Of a DNA stretch of 64,000 nucleotides, positions 1-10,403 are shown piece after piece. Each line of letters begins with the position of its first letter. Positions within the stretch are counted from its first letter, which is position 1. Under the pieces are notes generated by a model, which worked only from the letters and a program-made list of their open reading frames with translations, had not been told where the DNA came from and did not search any database. Where the stretch lies: NCBI GenBank assembly GCA_000165345.1, contig CM000434.1, positions 96,001 to 160,000 on the forward strand. Direction: 5' to 3'. Position numbers and translations under genes: made by a program.

Positions 1-314
1 GTGAACCTGAAGCTGTCGAGACTGCTTTAAAATTTGATGGAGCTATGTTTAGAGGTAGACAAATTAAGGTTTCAACAAAAAGAAAGAACATACCAGGATA
101 TAATAGAGGAAGAGGAATGGGACCAGGTGGTGGATTTAGAGGAGGTATGGGAAGAGGTGGATTTAGAGGGGGTTACTCTAGAGGAGGAATGATGTCTGGA
201 GGTCATGGACCTAATATGCGTGGTTATTATGGTAATCCTTATAAATCTTATAGGGGAGGAGGAGGTGGAGTTGGAGGTTATTCAGGTAATAGACATATTG
301 TGAATCCTTATTGA
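1..314 (+). CDS. 3' end of a polyadenylate-binding protein 2 (PABPN1)-like gene: end of RRM followed by RGG/GGY tail; CDS enters from upstream of window, stop TGA at 312-314
   Basis: Frame from nt 3 reads EPEAVETALKFDGAMFRGRQIKVSTKRKNIPG, which matches the conserved PABPN1 RRM C-terminus (SLFRGRQIKVIPKRTNRPG). It is followed by an Arg/Gly/Tyr-rich tail ending ...NPY. Confidence 0.6.
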   Translation, partial: EPEAVETALKFDGAMFRGRQIKVSTKRKNIPGYNRGRGMGPGGGFRGGMGRGGFRGGYSRGGMMSGGHGPNMRGYYGNPYKSYRGGGGGVGGYSGNRHIVNPY

Positions 315-1383
315 ATATACTTATGGTTATTATTCGTCTCTTTTCCTTTAAGAGAAATATCTTAATATTATTTTCTTTATTTTGGGTTAAAATTTTATAA
401 TTAAAAATGATGATATACATATGGTCAGGACTATTTCTACTTTAAAGAGAATATTTTATTGATTTATATTAATATGAGGAATTATTGATATGTAAATATA
501 AAGAAAATTTTTTTTTTTACTAAAACTATTATTTTGTTATTATATGTTAACTAATTGGAAAAATGAAAGAATTAATTAATACGTAAATTAATGGAAGAAT
601 ATATATATATAGTAATATAATTTAAGAAATTTATTGAAGGGGTACTCTTATGAATATAAATGATTAGATTAAATTAAATTAAAATAAATTAAAATTAAAA
701 AAATGAGTGGGACATTTTTTCTTTTAATTCACTACAAATGTAGTTTCCCGAAAATTGATTATATTATCCCACTATACTACCANCCAATGTTTCTGGCATT
801 CCTTTAGTACATTATTTCTCACTTTATTAATATTACTATTGATAATTATATTATTATTAACATTTATTCATTTGATGATTTATTATAATTAATACTTGTT
901 ATTACCTCTTCTTTTTTATTCTTTATTCATCTTTTTTGTACATTTATTTCTTTTTGGATATATTCAATTCTTCGAAAATAATGAGTAAATGCTAAATGAA
1001 TTTCCCTTAAATTAATTATGATTAATAAATAATAATAATAATAATAATAATAATAGGATATATGAATAAATTAATAAAGAAACTCCCAGTAATAAAGGTA
1101 AAAAGAAGATATTAAAGTCAAAGTTTATTATTATTTTCTTCTCTTATCTTTTGAGATAAATAGATTCAATTAAGTACTTGAATGAATGAATATAATTAAA
1201 TTTGTATAAGAGAAAATATGGGACTTATTGATATTAATAATATATTAATAGTTATAAATTGAGAAATTTTTAAATTGATTAATAAAAATAATTGAATAAA
1301 TAATCATTCAGATTCTTGAAACCCAATATCTCTCTTTATTTAACAAGCAATTTAAAATTTAATATATTAAATAAGAGCTTTCA

Positions 1384-2541
1384 TTATAATTCTTGTACTT
1401 TCCAATAATCAGAAATGAGTGATTTAACAAATTTAGGCTGATAAGAGTCTCTATTAGAAATCTTAGTTCTAAATAAGAACACAGATACTGTCAAAAATAT
1501 CCATACTGTAAGAAGAATTGAAGTTGAGTAGTAATTAAAATGAAGTTGTGATGGTATATAAAAGAAACTGAGCATATCAAAAGGAGATGTTGTAAAAATT
1601 CCAAGTACATATAACATTTGACTGATAAATGATACAATTGGGAAAGTTAATATAAATGAAGATATACTTTGAGTATATTTTTGTAAATTAGAAATTTCTT
1701 CATCAGTTTGCTTTTCATTTCCAGCGACTTTTTTTAGACTTGATGGTAAAATAAAATATATTATAGAAGTAATGCAAATAACAATAATAATATAAAATAA
1801 TTTGAGTGCCATAACAAATAATGTTAGATTCTGAAATTGATAACCAAATATATTTGATATTCTCATTAATAATGCACCACCCAATCCTGTATATAATGGA
1901 TTAATAGAATAATTAGGGATTCCTGCTAATAATTGGTAGATTAAATTTGAAACCAAAAAACAAAAGAATAATATTGATACAAAAGGCATTTCTCTAACTT
2001 TTGTTAGCTTTAATGTACTATATATATTTGCAAAACCAATAATAGTCGAAAATATAATTGCCATTATATCAGAAATTAATCCTCCAAAAATCATCATTCC
2101 CATAGTAAAACCAAAAACGCCACTAATACATCCAAATTGTGCAAAAATTAAATCTCCAGTATCTCCAAATAATGATAAAGTTATGAATGGAACCACTAAT
2201 AGTGATAACATTACAGTCATAAATCTACTCATTGTTAGTGATAAATATTGATAATTCAATTCTGGTATTCTCATCATTGGATTCAAGTATTTTTTGGATA
2301 ATTCCTCCAATTTTGAATGATTTGTTCTCATTTTTTGAGCTGGAAATCTTGGATATCTTATTGGAGTTTTTGTCTCGGTTACAATAGGAACTTGAGGCGC
2401 ATTATTATTTAACAATATATATTCATTATTTCGATTCAATTCATTTCTTCTTATATCTCCTTTTACATACGCAATTAATAACAATATTTGAATTAAAAAG
2501 AATATCTTTATTTTCATACTTTTTAAATACCTCCCTAACAA
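1384..2541 (-). CDS. multi-pass membrane protein (N-terminal signal peptide, at least 8 hydrophobic helices), function unknown
   Basis: 385-aa uninterrupted ORF with hydrophobic N-terminus MKIKIFFLIQILLLIAYV and repeated 20-aa hydrophobic segments. No diagnostic family motif recognised. Confidence 0.5.
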   Translation of the reverse strand: MLGRYLKSMKIKIFFLIQILLLIAYVKGDIRRNELNRNNEYILLNNNAPQVPIVTETKTPIRYPRFPAQKMRTNHSKLEELSKKYLNPMMRIPELNYQYLSLTMSRFMTVMLSLLVVPFITLSLFGDTGDLIFAQFGCISGVFGFTMGMMIFGGLISDIMAIIFSTIIGFANIYSTLKLTKVREMPFVSILFFCFLVSNLIYQLLAGIPNYSINPLYTGLGGALLMRISNIFGYQFQNLTLFVMALKLFYIIIVICITSIIYFILPSSLKKVAGNEKQTDEEISNLQKYTQSISSFILTFPIVSFISQMLYVLGIFTTSPFDMLSFFYIPSQLHFNYYSTSILLTVWIFLTVSVFLFRTKISNRDSYQPKFVKSLISDYWKVQEL

Positions 2542-2691
2542 TTCTTATTTTTATTTTTTATTGGCTTCCTAGTTTATTTTCTTCTTTTAATTAATATTAA
2601 TTATTAATTAAAAAAATTATTATTATTACGTCATGTGGACAATATTTTTTCTTGACAATTCAATTTAGAAAAAATGCAAGATATTTTATCA

Positions 2692-2700
2692 ATACCGGTG
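2692..2700. promoter_or_regulatory. ATACCGGTG copy of recurrent ACCGGT palindromic promoter motif
   Basis: One of about 10 intergenic copies of (T)ATACCGGTAT(A). Flanked by atgtggaca (2633-2641) and tacatgcaatttt (2703-2715). Confidence 0.3.
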
Positions 2701-2751
2701 TTTACATGCAATTTTATAGTCAGTTTTGCCATACCGGTCTGAAATAATGAT

Positions 2752-2790
2752 TGAGGGGGTGGGGGGTAGGAAGGGTTGGAAGTTCATTTT
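2752..2790. promoter_or_regulatory. G-rich tract (gagggggtggggggtaggaagggttggaag) in divergent intergenic region; potential G-quadruplex or GC-box element
   Basis: Runs of G5, G6, G3 and G2 within 39 nt in an otherwise ~85% AT intergenic region. Flanked by ACCGGT palindromes at 2692-2700 and 2731-2740. Confidence 0.3.
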
Positions 2791-3349
2791 ATTTTTTTTG
2801 CATGCAAGTATAGATTGGAATTAATGATTTTATTATTAATGTTATTATTTTAGATATTTTTAAGTATTTCTATTTCAACATTTTTATAGTTTATTTTTTA
2901 ATTTGATATGATTAGTTATAATAATTAGGATATTAATTATAAATATATATAATATATTTTTTTTTTATTTAATTACAATAATTTTTCTTCCTTTCCAATT
3001 GTTTAATTTTCATTTTTTCTAAACCCTCACTACCTTAATGTCAAATCATTACCTATTTAATTATTCAGTTATTAATCAATTAAAGCATGCACATTTGGGC
3101 GCCATAATTTGTTAGTAATTTGTTTAACGCAATAAACACCGGTATATATAAATTATACGTAATATGTATATTTAATGTAAATTAAAAAAAATATATGTTA
3201 CATAGTCATGTAAATGCTGTTTTTTTTAATAAAAGTTATCAAGGGTGGTACATTTATGATCCAATTAAAAATACAATTATTTACATTTATATGTTGTTTT
3301 AATATTATTATTAATTAATTTATTCATATTAAGCCATTTAGTAATAATA

Positions 3350-3928
3350 ATGAAAAGAAAGAATATATTATTTAACTTGATAATTTTCTGTTTTTCAATA
3401 ATGCAAGTTATTCTTGGAAAAAAAGTAAATATTTTAATAGACGATATGGGAACTATTCATAAAGAAACTTTGTTAGATATGAACAATAAAAATATTAATA
3501 CTGATACAAATATTAATAATAATGGTAATAGTATTAGTAATTGGAAAGGAAGTTTAATGGATTTAAAAGATCCATTAAATAGTTCAGAAAATAATAGAAA
3601 ACTTGATCAAGACAATAGTATTATATGTGAATGTAAAATAATGGTAAGTAAATGTAAATATTCAATATTAATTAAATTAACTTAATTAAAATCTAATATA
3701 TATATTCTATAGAATAAATGTATTCCATATAAAGATTGTTATGGATTAGCATGGATTACTACAACTTTAATGTTAATAATAATAATAATAATAGGATATA
3801 CTGTTCAGTATTTATCATTAGTCCCACATGAATATCTTTCAGAAAGAAATAATTCGAGAGAAAATAAATTTTGTGGAATAGTATTAACAAATTATGAACT
3901 TGTTGAGCCTGTACATCCAAATAATTAA
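3350..3928 (+). CDS. two-exon gene for a small signal-peptide plus single-TM protein (about 169 aa): join(3350..3643,3713..3928)
   Basis: Exon 1 ORF ends ...CECKIM and is immediately followed by GTAAGT at 3644. A 69-nt AT-rich intron ends in tatag at 3708-3712. Exon 2 continues in phase 0 as NKCIPYKDCYGLAWITTTLMLIIIIIGYTVQYLSLV... to TAA at 3926-3928. Signal peptide MKRKNILFNLIIFCFSIMQVILG. Confidence 0.45.
3644..3712 (+). other. intron (GTAAGT...AG, 69 nt)
   Basis: Canonical dictyostelid donor GTAAGT immediately after the ATG codon at 3641-3643. Acceptor AG at 3711-3712 restores a long ORF in phase 0. Confidence 0.45.
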
Positions 3929-4067
3929 CAAAAATTGAGTTTATATAAATTCTCCACACTTTTTTGAAAATATAAATATATCTAAGATATTATATTTACA
4001 TATTAGTTGTAACTTTAAATAAATAATTATAATTATAGTTAATTTATTTCCAATATTTAGTTTACTC

Positions 4068-5669
4068 ATGAAATTTAAGATATTTACTAAAAGTAGATCA
4101 AATTCAAGAATTCATACTCCAAAACTTATTGAAGAAAGTTTTTTTGATATTTATAAAGATGATTTATTTAAAAACCAATTAATAACAATTAATGCAGTTT
4201 TAGAATCTGATGATGATTTTTTTGAAGAAGAAGAAGAGGAAGATATTTATTATAATAATGATTATAACTTGGAGGAAAATTCAAAAGATTTATGGATTAA
4301 ATTAAATGAATTGAAGATAGAGGAATGTACTGAAGATGATTTGAATGAAAATAAATTAATTTCAAAAGAAATTCAGGATAATAATAATAATGATTTAACC
4401 AGAAATAAAAAAAAAGATGATTTTCTTGAATATAAAGAATTACTTGATAAAATAAATCCAGAATTTGAAACAAGTATAGTTAAATTAAATGAAGAAGATG
4501 AAATTAACCAATTAAGAACTTCAATATTTAAAAAATTGGATATATTAGAGAATGAAGTAATGAAAATAAGAAGTCAAAATGTTATTCCAACAACAATGAA
4601 AAATGAATTATATCACAGTAATATTGATATAAATATTCAAGATATATTGAGTAATATAGGTAAACAATTTATTGATGGTTTAAATAATATTATAGAAACT
4701 GGCCATTCAAAAATATTTAAAAAATATTCTCTGAAATTGAATGATATAAAGGGTATTATTAATGAATATAACCAGAATGAAATGAATAAAATAATTAACC
4801 AAATTGAAAATCAATCAGAATTATTAAAAAATAATAATAATGATAATATTATTACTTATGAAACATTAAATAATGTATTTCAATATGATACTCCAATTAA
4901 AGGTATAGGATACTGGTATGAACAAGGAATGAATAATACAATGGATGATCGTTGGTTTATTTCAAAATTATCGAGTGGATCTTTTTTTGGTATATTAGAT
5001 GGATATAATGGTAGTAATATAACATCACAACTTGAAAATCTTATAGTTACAGAATTGGATACAAATCTTGATAATGAAATTTGTTTAAATAAAAATAATT
5101 TAGCCAAAATCTTCTTAAAAACAATGCTAGCAATTGATAAAAAGATACTAGTAAATTTACCAAAAGAATCTTTAAATGTTGGTTCAGGCTTAATTTCATG
5201 TTTTATTTTTTATTCAGAAACTGATGATCAATATGTATTATTTTCTTGTAATTTGGGTAATTGTAAAGGTTTTCTTTCAAGAAATAATGAGATAATAAAA
5301 TTTCATAATGAAAATTTTATTAATAGTAATAATAATGAAAATATTGTAAATAGTGCAATAGGATTTGGTTTTTATAAACCTCCATTAAAAAATAAGTTTG
5401 AAGTTGATAATGTACCACAAGTAATTAGTATTGATTTATTTTCTGATTCTGATAAATTTATTATAATTGCAACTGATAGTATTTGGCAAGTTTTTCAAGA
5501 AGAAGAATTAAATGATATGGCAACATGTATATTAAATGAGGTTTATTCAAAATATCCAACACTTAATAAACAAATAATTTCAACAATAATTTCACATTCC
5601 ATTGTAACAGAATCTTTGCTTAGAGGTGTAACTGATAATCAAATTTGTATGGTGGTATTATTAAATTAG
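4068..5669 (+). CDS. PP2C-fold (PPM-type) phosphatase-like protein with coiled-coil, acidic N-terminal half; catalytic motifs partly degenerate (possible pseudophosphatase)
   Basis: C-terminal half carries the PP2C motif series: FFGILDGYNG (cf FFGVFDGHGG), GSGLISCFIF (cf GSTAV), FSCNLGNCKGFLSRN (cf ANVGDSRA), IIIATDSIWQVF (cf ACDGLWDV), VTDNQICMVVLL (cf DNITVIVV). Confidence 0.6.
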   Translation: MKFKIFTKSRSNSRIHTPKLIEESFFDIYKDDLFKNQLITINAVLESDDDFFEEEEEEDIYYNNDYNLEENSKDLWIKLNELKIEECTEDDLNENKLISKEIQDNNNNDLTRNKKKDDFLEYKELLDKINPEFETSIVKLNEEDEINQLRTSIFKKLDILENEVMKIRSQNVIPTTMKNELYHSNIDINIQDILSNIGKQFIDGLNNIIETGHSKIFKKYSLKLNDIKGIINEYNQNEMNKIINQIENQSELLKNNNNDNIITYETLNNVFQYDTPIKGIGYWYEQGMNNTMDDRWFISKLSSGSFFGILDGYNGSNITSQLENLIVTELDTNLDNEICLNKNNLAKIFLKTMLAIDKKILVNLPKESLNVGSGLISCFIFYSETDDQYVLFSCNLGNCKGFLSRNNEIIKFHNENFINSNNNENIVNSAIGFGFYKPPLKNKFEVDNVPQVISIDLFSDSDKFIIIATDSIWQVFQEEELNDMATCILNEVYSKYPTLNKQIISTIISHSIVTESLLRGVTDNQICMVVLLN

Positions 5670-5704
5670 AATATATTTACTTGAAATATAATTTAGAATT
5701 TTAA

Positions 5705-7758
5705 TTATTTATTAATTGATAGTGAATTAATGATTTCATCCAGTTTAATATGGAAATTTCTTGCTGATTTAATAGTCTCTAATATAGGTAAACATATACT
5801 TCTTATAGTATTTGAAGATTGTCCAAATGTACTTAATGAAGATGCTGAGATATTTTTATTATCATGCACAAGTAATTCAATATTATGAGTAATTTTATTT
5901 AATGATTCAATAGTTTTTCTTCTTTCATCATTATCTTTTGGAGATAATGATAATCCCCAAAAGTACTTTAATAATTCAATAGCTTGTATATGTTCTTGTT
6001 GTATTTGTTGCATCCAAATAGGCTTTTCTTCTTTAATTTGATCGATATTATTATCAGATTGATTATTTTGTAATTCAAAAAGAATTTGATTTTTAGAATC
6101 AATTTCATTACTTTTTTTTTGTATTAAATTATTTTTATTAAACAATCCAAGTTGATTAATTTGTTCATGTTGTATTTGTTTTGTACAGTTTAATAATACA
6201 TTCCTGGAAATTGGATTATTAAATAAAGAATCATGGTCATTCTTATTATTTTTATTTGTTTTATTAAAATTGAATTTAACTCTTCGAGTATTATTATTAT
6301 TATTATCTTCTTCTTCTTTTTTCATATTAACATCTAATTTATTTCTGGATGATGAGAAAAAATTAACAGGATTAATATCCAAAAGTTGACTATTACTATT
6401 TGCATTGCTTGGATGTTGTTTAGTTTGTAAATAATTTTGTGAATATTCAAAATCCAATTCATTTTGTCTATTAAATACTGCATTATTACCAGAATTCGTA
6501 AATTCAAGAATTTTAGCTCCATGACAATTAAATCTTTCAAAGAATCCTGTATTAATATTTGCACTTTTTTCAGATGCAATATTTAAATCATTATCAATTA
6601 ATGTACCATATCCTATTTTTTTATAAGTATCATTATTTAATAGATTGATTTCAGAACTAACATAATTTCCAAGTAATTCACTTATTCCATTTGTTTGGTT
6701 ACCATTATTATCATTATTATTACTACTACTATTAAGTGTATTCAACTCATATAATAATTCTTCTCCTTTAGGAATCTCACCAATCATTAATGTATCACTA
6801 TTATTAGGTACCGTAGTTCCGTGCCCAAGTATATCAAAAAATAATGGTGATTGTATAATACGATTCCAAAATTCTTCTTCTGTCAAACGATGTGGAACGT
6901 ATTTCTTTAATTTTTGTTTTAATTGATGGCATTTCTTCAAGAATTGACTTTAAATCATCGGCAGTAATTGTTACATCAATACCTCCAGAATTTGTGATAC
7001 TAACTTTTGGTGGCCTTTTCAAAAAAAAATCAGAATTTTCAACTCCTTTTTCTTGTGTTTTTGATAAAAGTATATCTTGATGATGCATTTGAATAAAAGA
7101 TTCTAAAGACATACTTCCTGTAAGCACTAAACTCTTATAAATTTGATCCAATTCAGGCTTATATCGTAATAATTGATTCAAATCATCGTATATAGAGTGA
7201 CTTTCCTTTTGGCTTAACTTTTTTTTCAATGACTATTCTTTTATTGACATTTTTCTCAACTTTATTAAATTCTAATATTTTATTTTCAATTGAATTAGAG
7301 TTTTCAGATTGTTTTTTTTCTTTAAGCTCTNGAAGTTTTNTATATCTTTCAATAGCTTTACTATGGCAATCTGATATTAATTGTAAAAAATTGTTAAAAT
7401 CATCATTTGAATTTAATGTAAGATTGATATCGATAAATAAGTTAGAATTAACTTTGTCTTTAATCTCTTTATTTTCAAATCTTAATCCAACAAGACGTTT
7501 ATCGTCTCTTTTTCTATGTGCATATAGATTCTGCCATAATTCTACAACAAAATCATTTGCCAAATTTAAATTATTTTTACTTGAACTAACTTCATCATTA
7601 TAATTTAAATTATTATCAGTTTCTGAAATAATTTTNGAATAACTTTCTTTTAAAATACTAATACTTTCGAATGGTTGACCTTTAACCTTATCAGAAATCC
7701 ATATTATATTATTTCTCGTAACATATAAAATACCTGGATTCTTTTTTAAATATAACAT
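5705..7758 (-). CDS. gtf2h1: general transcription factor TFIIH subunit p62 (Tfb1/GTF2H1) homolog; reading frame broken twice (near 7222-7229 and near 6880-6940) and contains N bases
   Basis: N-terminal PH-like domain GILYVTRNNIIWISDKVKGQPFESISILKES (cf human [30 protein letters not shown]). BSD1 PELDQIYKSLVLTGSMSLESFIQ (cf [22 protein letters not shown]). BSD2 YVPHRLTEEEFWNRIIQSPLFFD (cf [21 protein letters not shown]). The three minus-strand ORFs 7183-7758, 6834-7229 and 5705-6940 are collinear with p62. Confidence 0.75.
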
Positions 7759-7902
7759 TTAAAAATTTTGATAAAATATCATCTTCTTTTAAAGGAATAT
7801 TCTAATTTTTCCATGAAATTAAAAATAATAAAAGAAGAAATTTATATTGTGTGTATTCAGTAATTTATTATTATTATTAATTTTATGTGGATTTTTTTTT
7901 TG

Positions 7903-7914
7903 TATACCGGTATA
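7903..7914. promoter_or_regulatory. TATACCGGTATA 12-bp perfect palindrome upstream of TFIIH p62
   Basis: Read directly. Recurrent motif class. Confidence 0.3.
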
Positions 7915-7940
7915 GAGTTTTATTAGCATTAAAATTTGAC

Positions 7941-7955
7941 ACGTAATAATTACGT
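7941..7955. promoter_or_regulatory. perfect 15-bp palindrome acgtaataattacgt upstream of TFIIH p62 start
   Basis: Self-complementary sequence about 185 bp upstream of the p62 ATG (7758, minus strand). Adjacent to tataccggtata at 7903-7914. Confidence 0.25.
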
Positions 7956-8152
7956 CATAATTTTTTTTTAAGACCGGCAATTGCATTTAAATAAAAAAAT
8001 TAATAGTAAACTATCGTATATCGNANTCNCTACCAAACAAAAAAAAAAAAATTATAGAATGAAATAACCAATTAAATAAAAGAATTTAAATTAATTATAT
8101 ATTACAATAATAATTTTTAAAAGAAAAATTTAAGAACAAATTTCCAAATTTT

Positions 8153-9744
8153 TTATTTGCTCTTCTTTTCCAGTAAAGATTCTGATGAGTTCAAATCTTG
8201 AACTTTCCATTCATTTGAATTAAAGTTTTCAATTCTGCGAATCATTGATGGGAAAATAAATAAAGTTGCAATCACACCAAAAATAAAACAAAATAAATAT
8301 TGTATAAAGAAAGAGTCAACTTTGCATGGATTTCCAATTAATAAAAGAAAATAATTGGAAAATTTGCTGTAATCAATTGGATTTTCATTTAATTCACAGT
8401 ATTTATAGTTTGTATAATCCAAAAGCCATAAACTAAGACTTTTTGGCCATTTATATCCTNAATTCGTTTANTAGNATCTCGAGNTNAGGCTAGATGTANG
8501 TTCCAGCAANTCTGTANANCAGAAATTAAATTAAAAAGAGTCATAAATATAAGTGATTGTGAATCACATAAAATTGATGAACAAATTGAAAGAGCCAAAT
8601 AAGTATAGTAAAACAAATTTGGTGTATCTGCAACTTCTTCTGTGTTTATCCATGGCTTATATATTATTCTAGACCATATTAATAACAAACAAAAAAATAA
8701 TGACAGTATTAATTTTAATGGTAATATTATAGTTAGAAATTTAAGTGGGGATTTTCCTTTGTAAACAAATTTAGTCATAATAAACGGAGTAATAAAACTG
8801 AATGGAATCAAGATTGGTCCAATAAGCATAATTTCACTCTTTTTCATACCAAATTCCATTAATTTAAATTCCAAAGATGAATCTGTTATTGCTGATGGTA
8901 TCCTAATAATAAAGAGCAAAATTATTAGTGAAATAACTGGTTTTAATGTTAAAATTTTATATAGAAGAGAATAAGCTTCTTTAATAGTAAGCTCAGCTTC
9001 TTGATCCTCTTGAGCAGCATCATCATCTTTTTTATTATCTATTACGTTTGTGTAAGAGTTATCTTCTTTTTTAAGTATTCCAGTAATTATAGTAACCAAT
9101 AATATAACTACACCCCAGAAATAGATAAATTGACTCATTTTACAAATTGGCTTGTCAACAATTTCTAATCCAAGTAAAGGACGAACATATTTATTACATA
9201 CTTTTGGATCATTTAAGAATAAAAATCCCAAATAAGACGTAATGTGTCCAAAAGATTGACCAATTATATTACAAGTTGATGCTAAACTTTTATGCTGAGG
9301 AGAAAGTAAATTTACTGCCCAAGCATCAACTGCAATATCTTGAGTAGCCATTAAAAAGTATAATGTTGAAAAATATATTGTTAATAAAGTAACGTTTGGT
9401 GATAATTTCTCCGTTAAATTTGATATACCTACTTCCTCACATAACCAAGTTGGAAGAAATGGGCTATAACTACCAATAATCATCAAAATACTACACACAA
9501 GTTGAGTTGGAATAATCCATGTTTTTCTTCTTCCCATCTTTTCTATATAAACTGAATCTACCAAAGGAGCCCAAAGTAATTTAAGTGAGAAAGGAAGTAC
9601 AACCATTCCAAACATACTCTGTTCTGTATATGATATTTTACCTTGTAAAAGAAATGGAATGGAATAACTAATGCCCATAGGAAGACCTTGAATTGTATAT
9701 AATATTAAAAGATAAAAAATATTTAAACATTCCAGAAGATCCAT
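8153..9744 (-). CDS. acetyl-coenzyme A transporter 1 (SLC33A1/AT-1 family, MFS) homolog; frame ambiguous across N run 8458-8520
   Basis: YTIQGLPMGISYSIPFLLQGKISYTEQSMFGMVVLPFSLKLLWAPLVDSVYIEKMGRRKTWIIPTQ aligns almost residue-for-residue with human SLC33A1 (YVLQGIPLGLAGSIPLILQSKNVSYTDQAFFSFVFWPFSLKLLWAPLVDAVYVKNFGRRKSWLVPTQ). C-terminal ORF 8153-8422 matches the SLC33A1 C-terminus (FFIQYLFCFIFG... cf YYVESIICVFIGFGWW). Confidence 0.8.
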
Positions 9745-10403
9745 TTTTGAACAAGTTTTTTTTCTTCTATAAATTAATTATATTATTAATTAAAATAAAA
9801 AAGTACAAAATTTAAAAGAATAATTCTCAAAGTATTTCGTTAATACCAATTTTAATTTCTAAAATACAAAACAATGTATATATATATTAATTAATATTAC
9901 TATACGATGGTGAAAATAATCATATAATCCATCCAAATACGATAATCAATATTTCCAATATTTTATAATGGAAAATCAACACAAAGAATTTCAATAATTA
10001 AATTTGATCTCTATGACTGAATTTAATAAATTAATTAACTTCATACTATATTACTTAAAAGTCTAATAGAATAAATCAAATCAACAGTTTTGGCGGTAAA
10101 TTTGCCCACATCATTAAAAGTAAGGTGCGAGAAAATTAAAGGATTGTAAGGAAGTAAAAAAAAAATATATATTATTTCTCATAATACAGTTATAAATTGA
10201 TGGATTTGAGTTTGAAATATACTTTGTTTAAGATAAAGTTATGTTTTTAACTGGAATATAAGCAAAATATTTTAAATAAAAATTCAAAATTGTAAATATA
10301 AAAAATAAACATTGAGAATTTATTTATTTATATATACAAATATAAGTATAAGAAATTTAAAAAGAAAATATATAATTATATATGTGCATGTATATAGAAA
10401 AGA

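Noticed and set aside
211-420. 69-aa minus-strand ORF overlapping the PABPN1-like tail
   Set aside because: Antisense to a conserved coding region, AT-rich, no features of a real gene.
6334-7080. Small ORFs (81 aa minus, 62 aa plus) inside the TFIIH p62 locus
   Set aside because: Alternative or antisense frames within a gene whose main frame is supported by homology.
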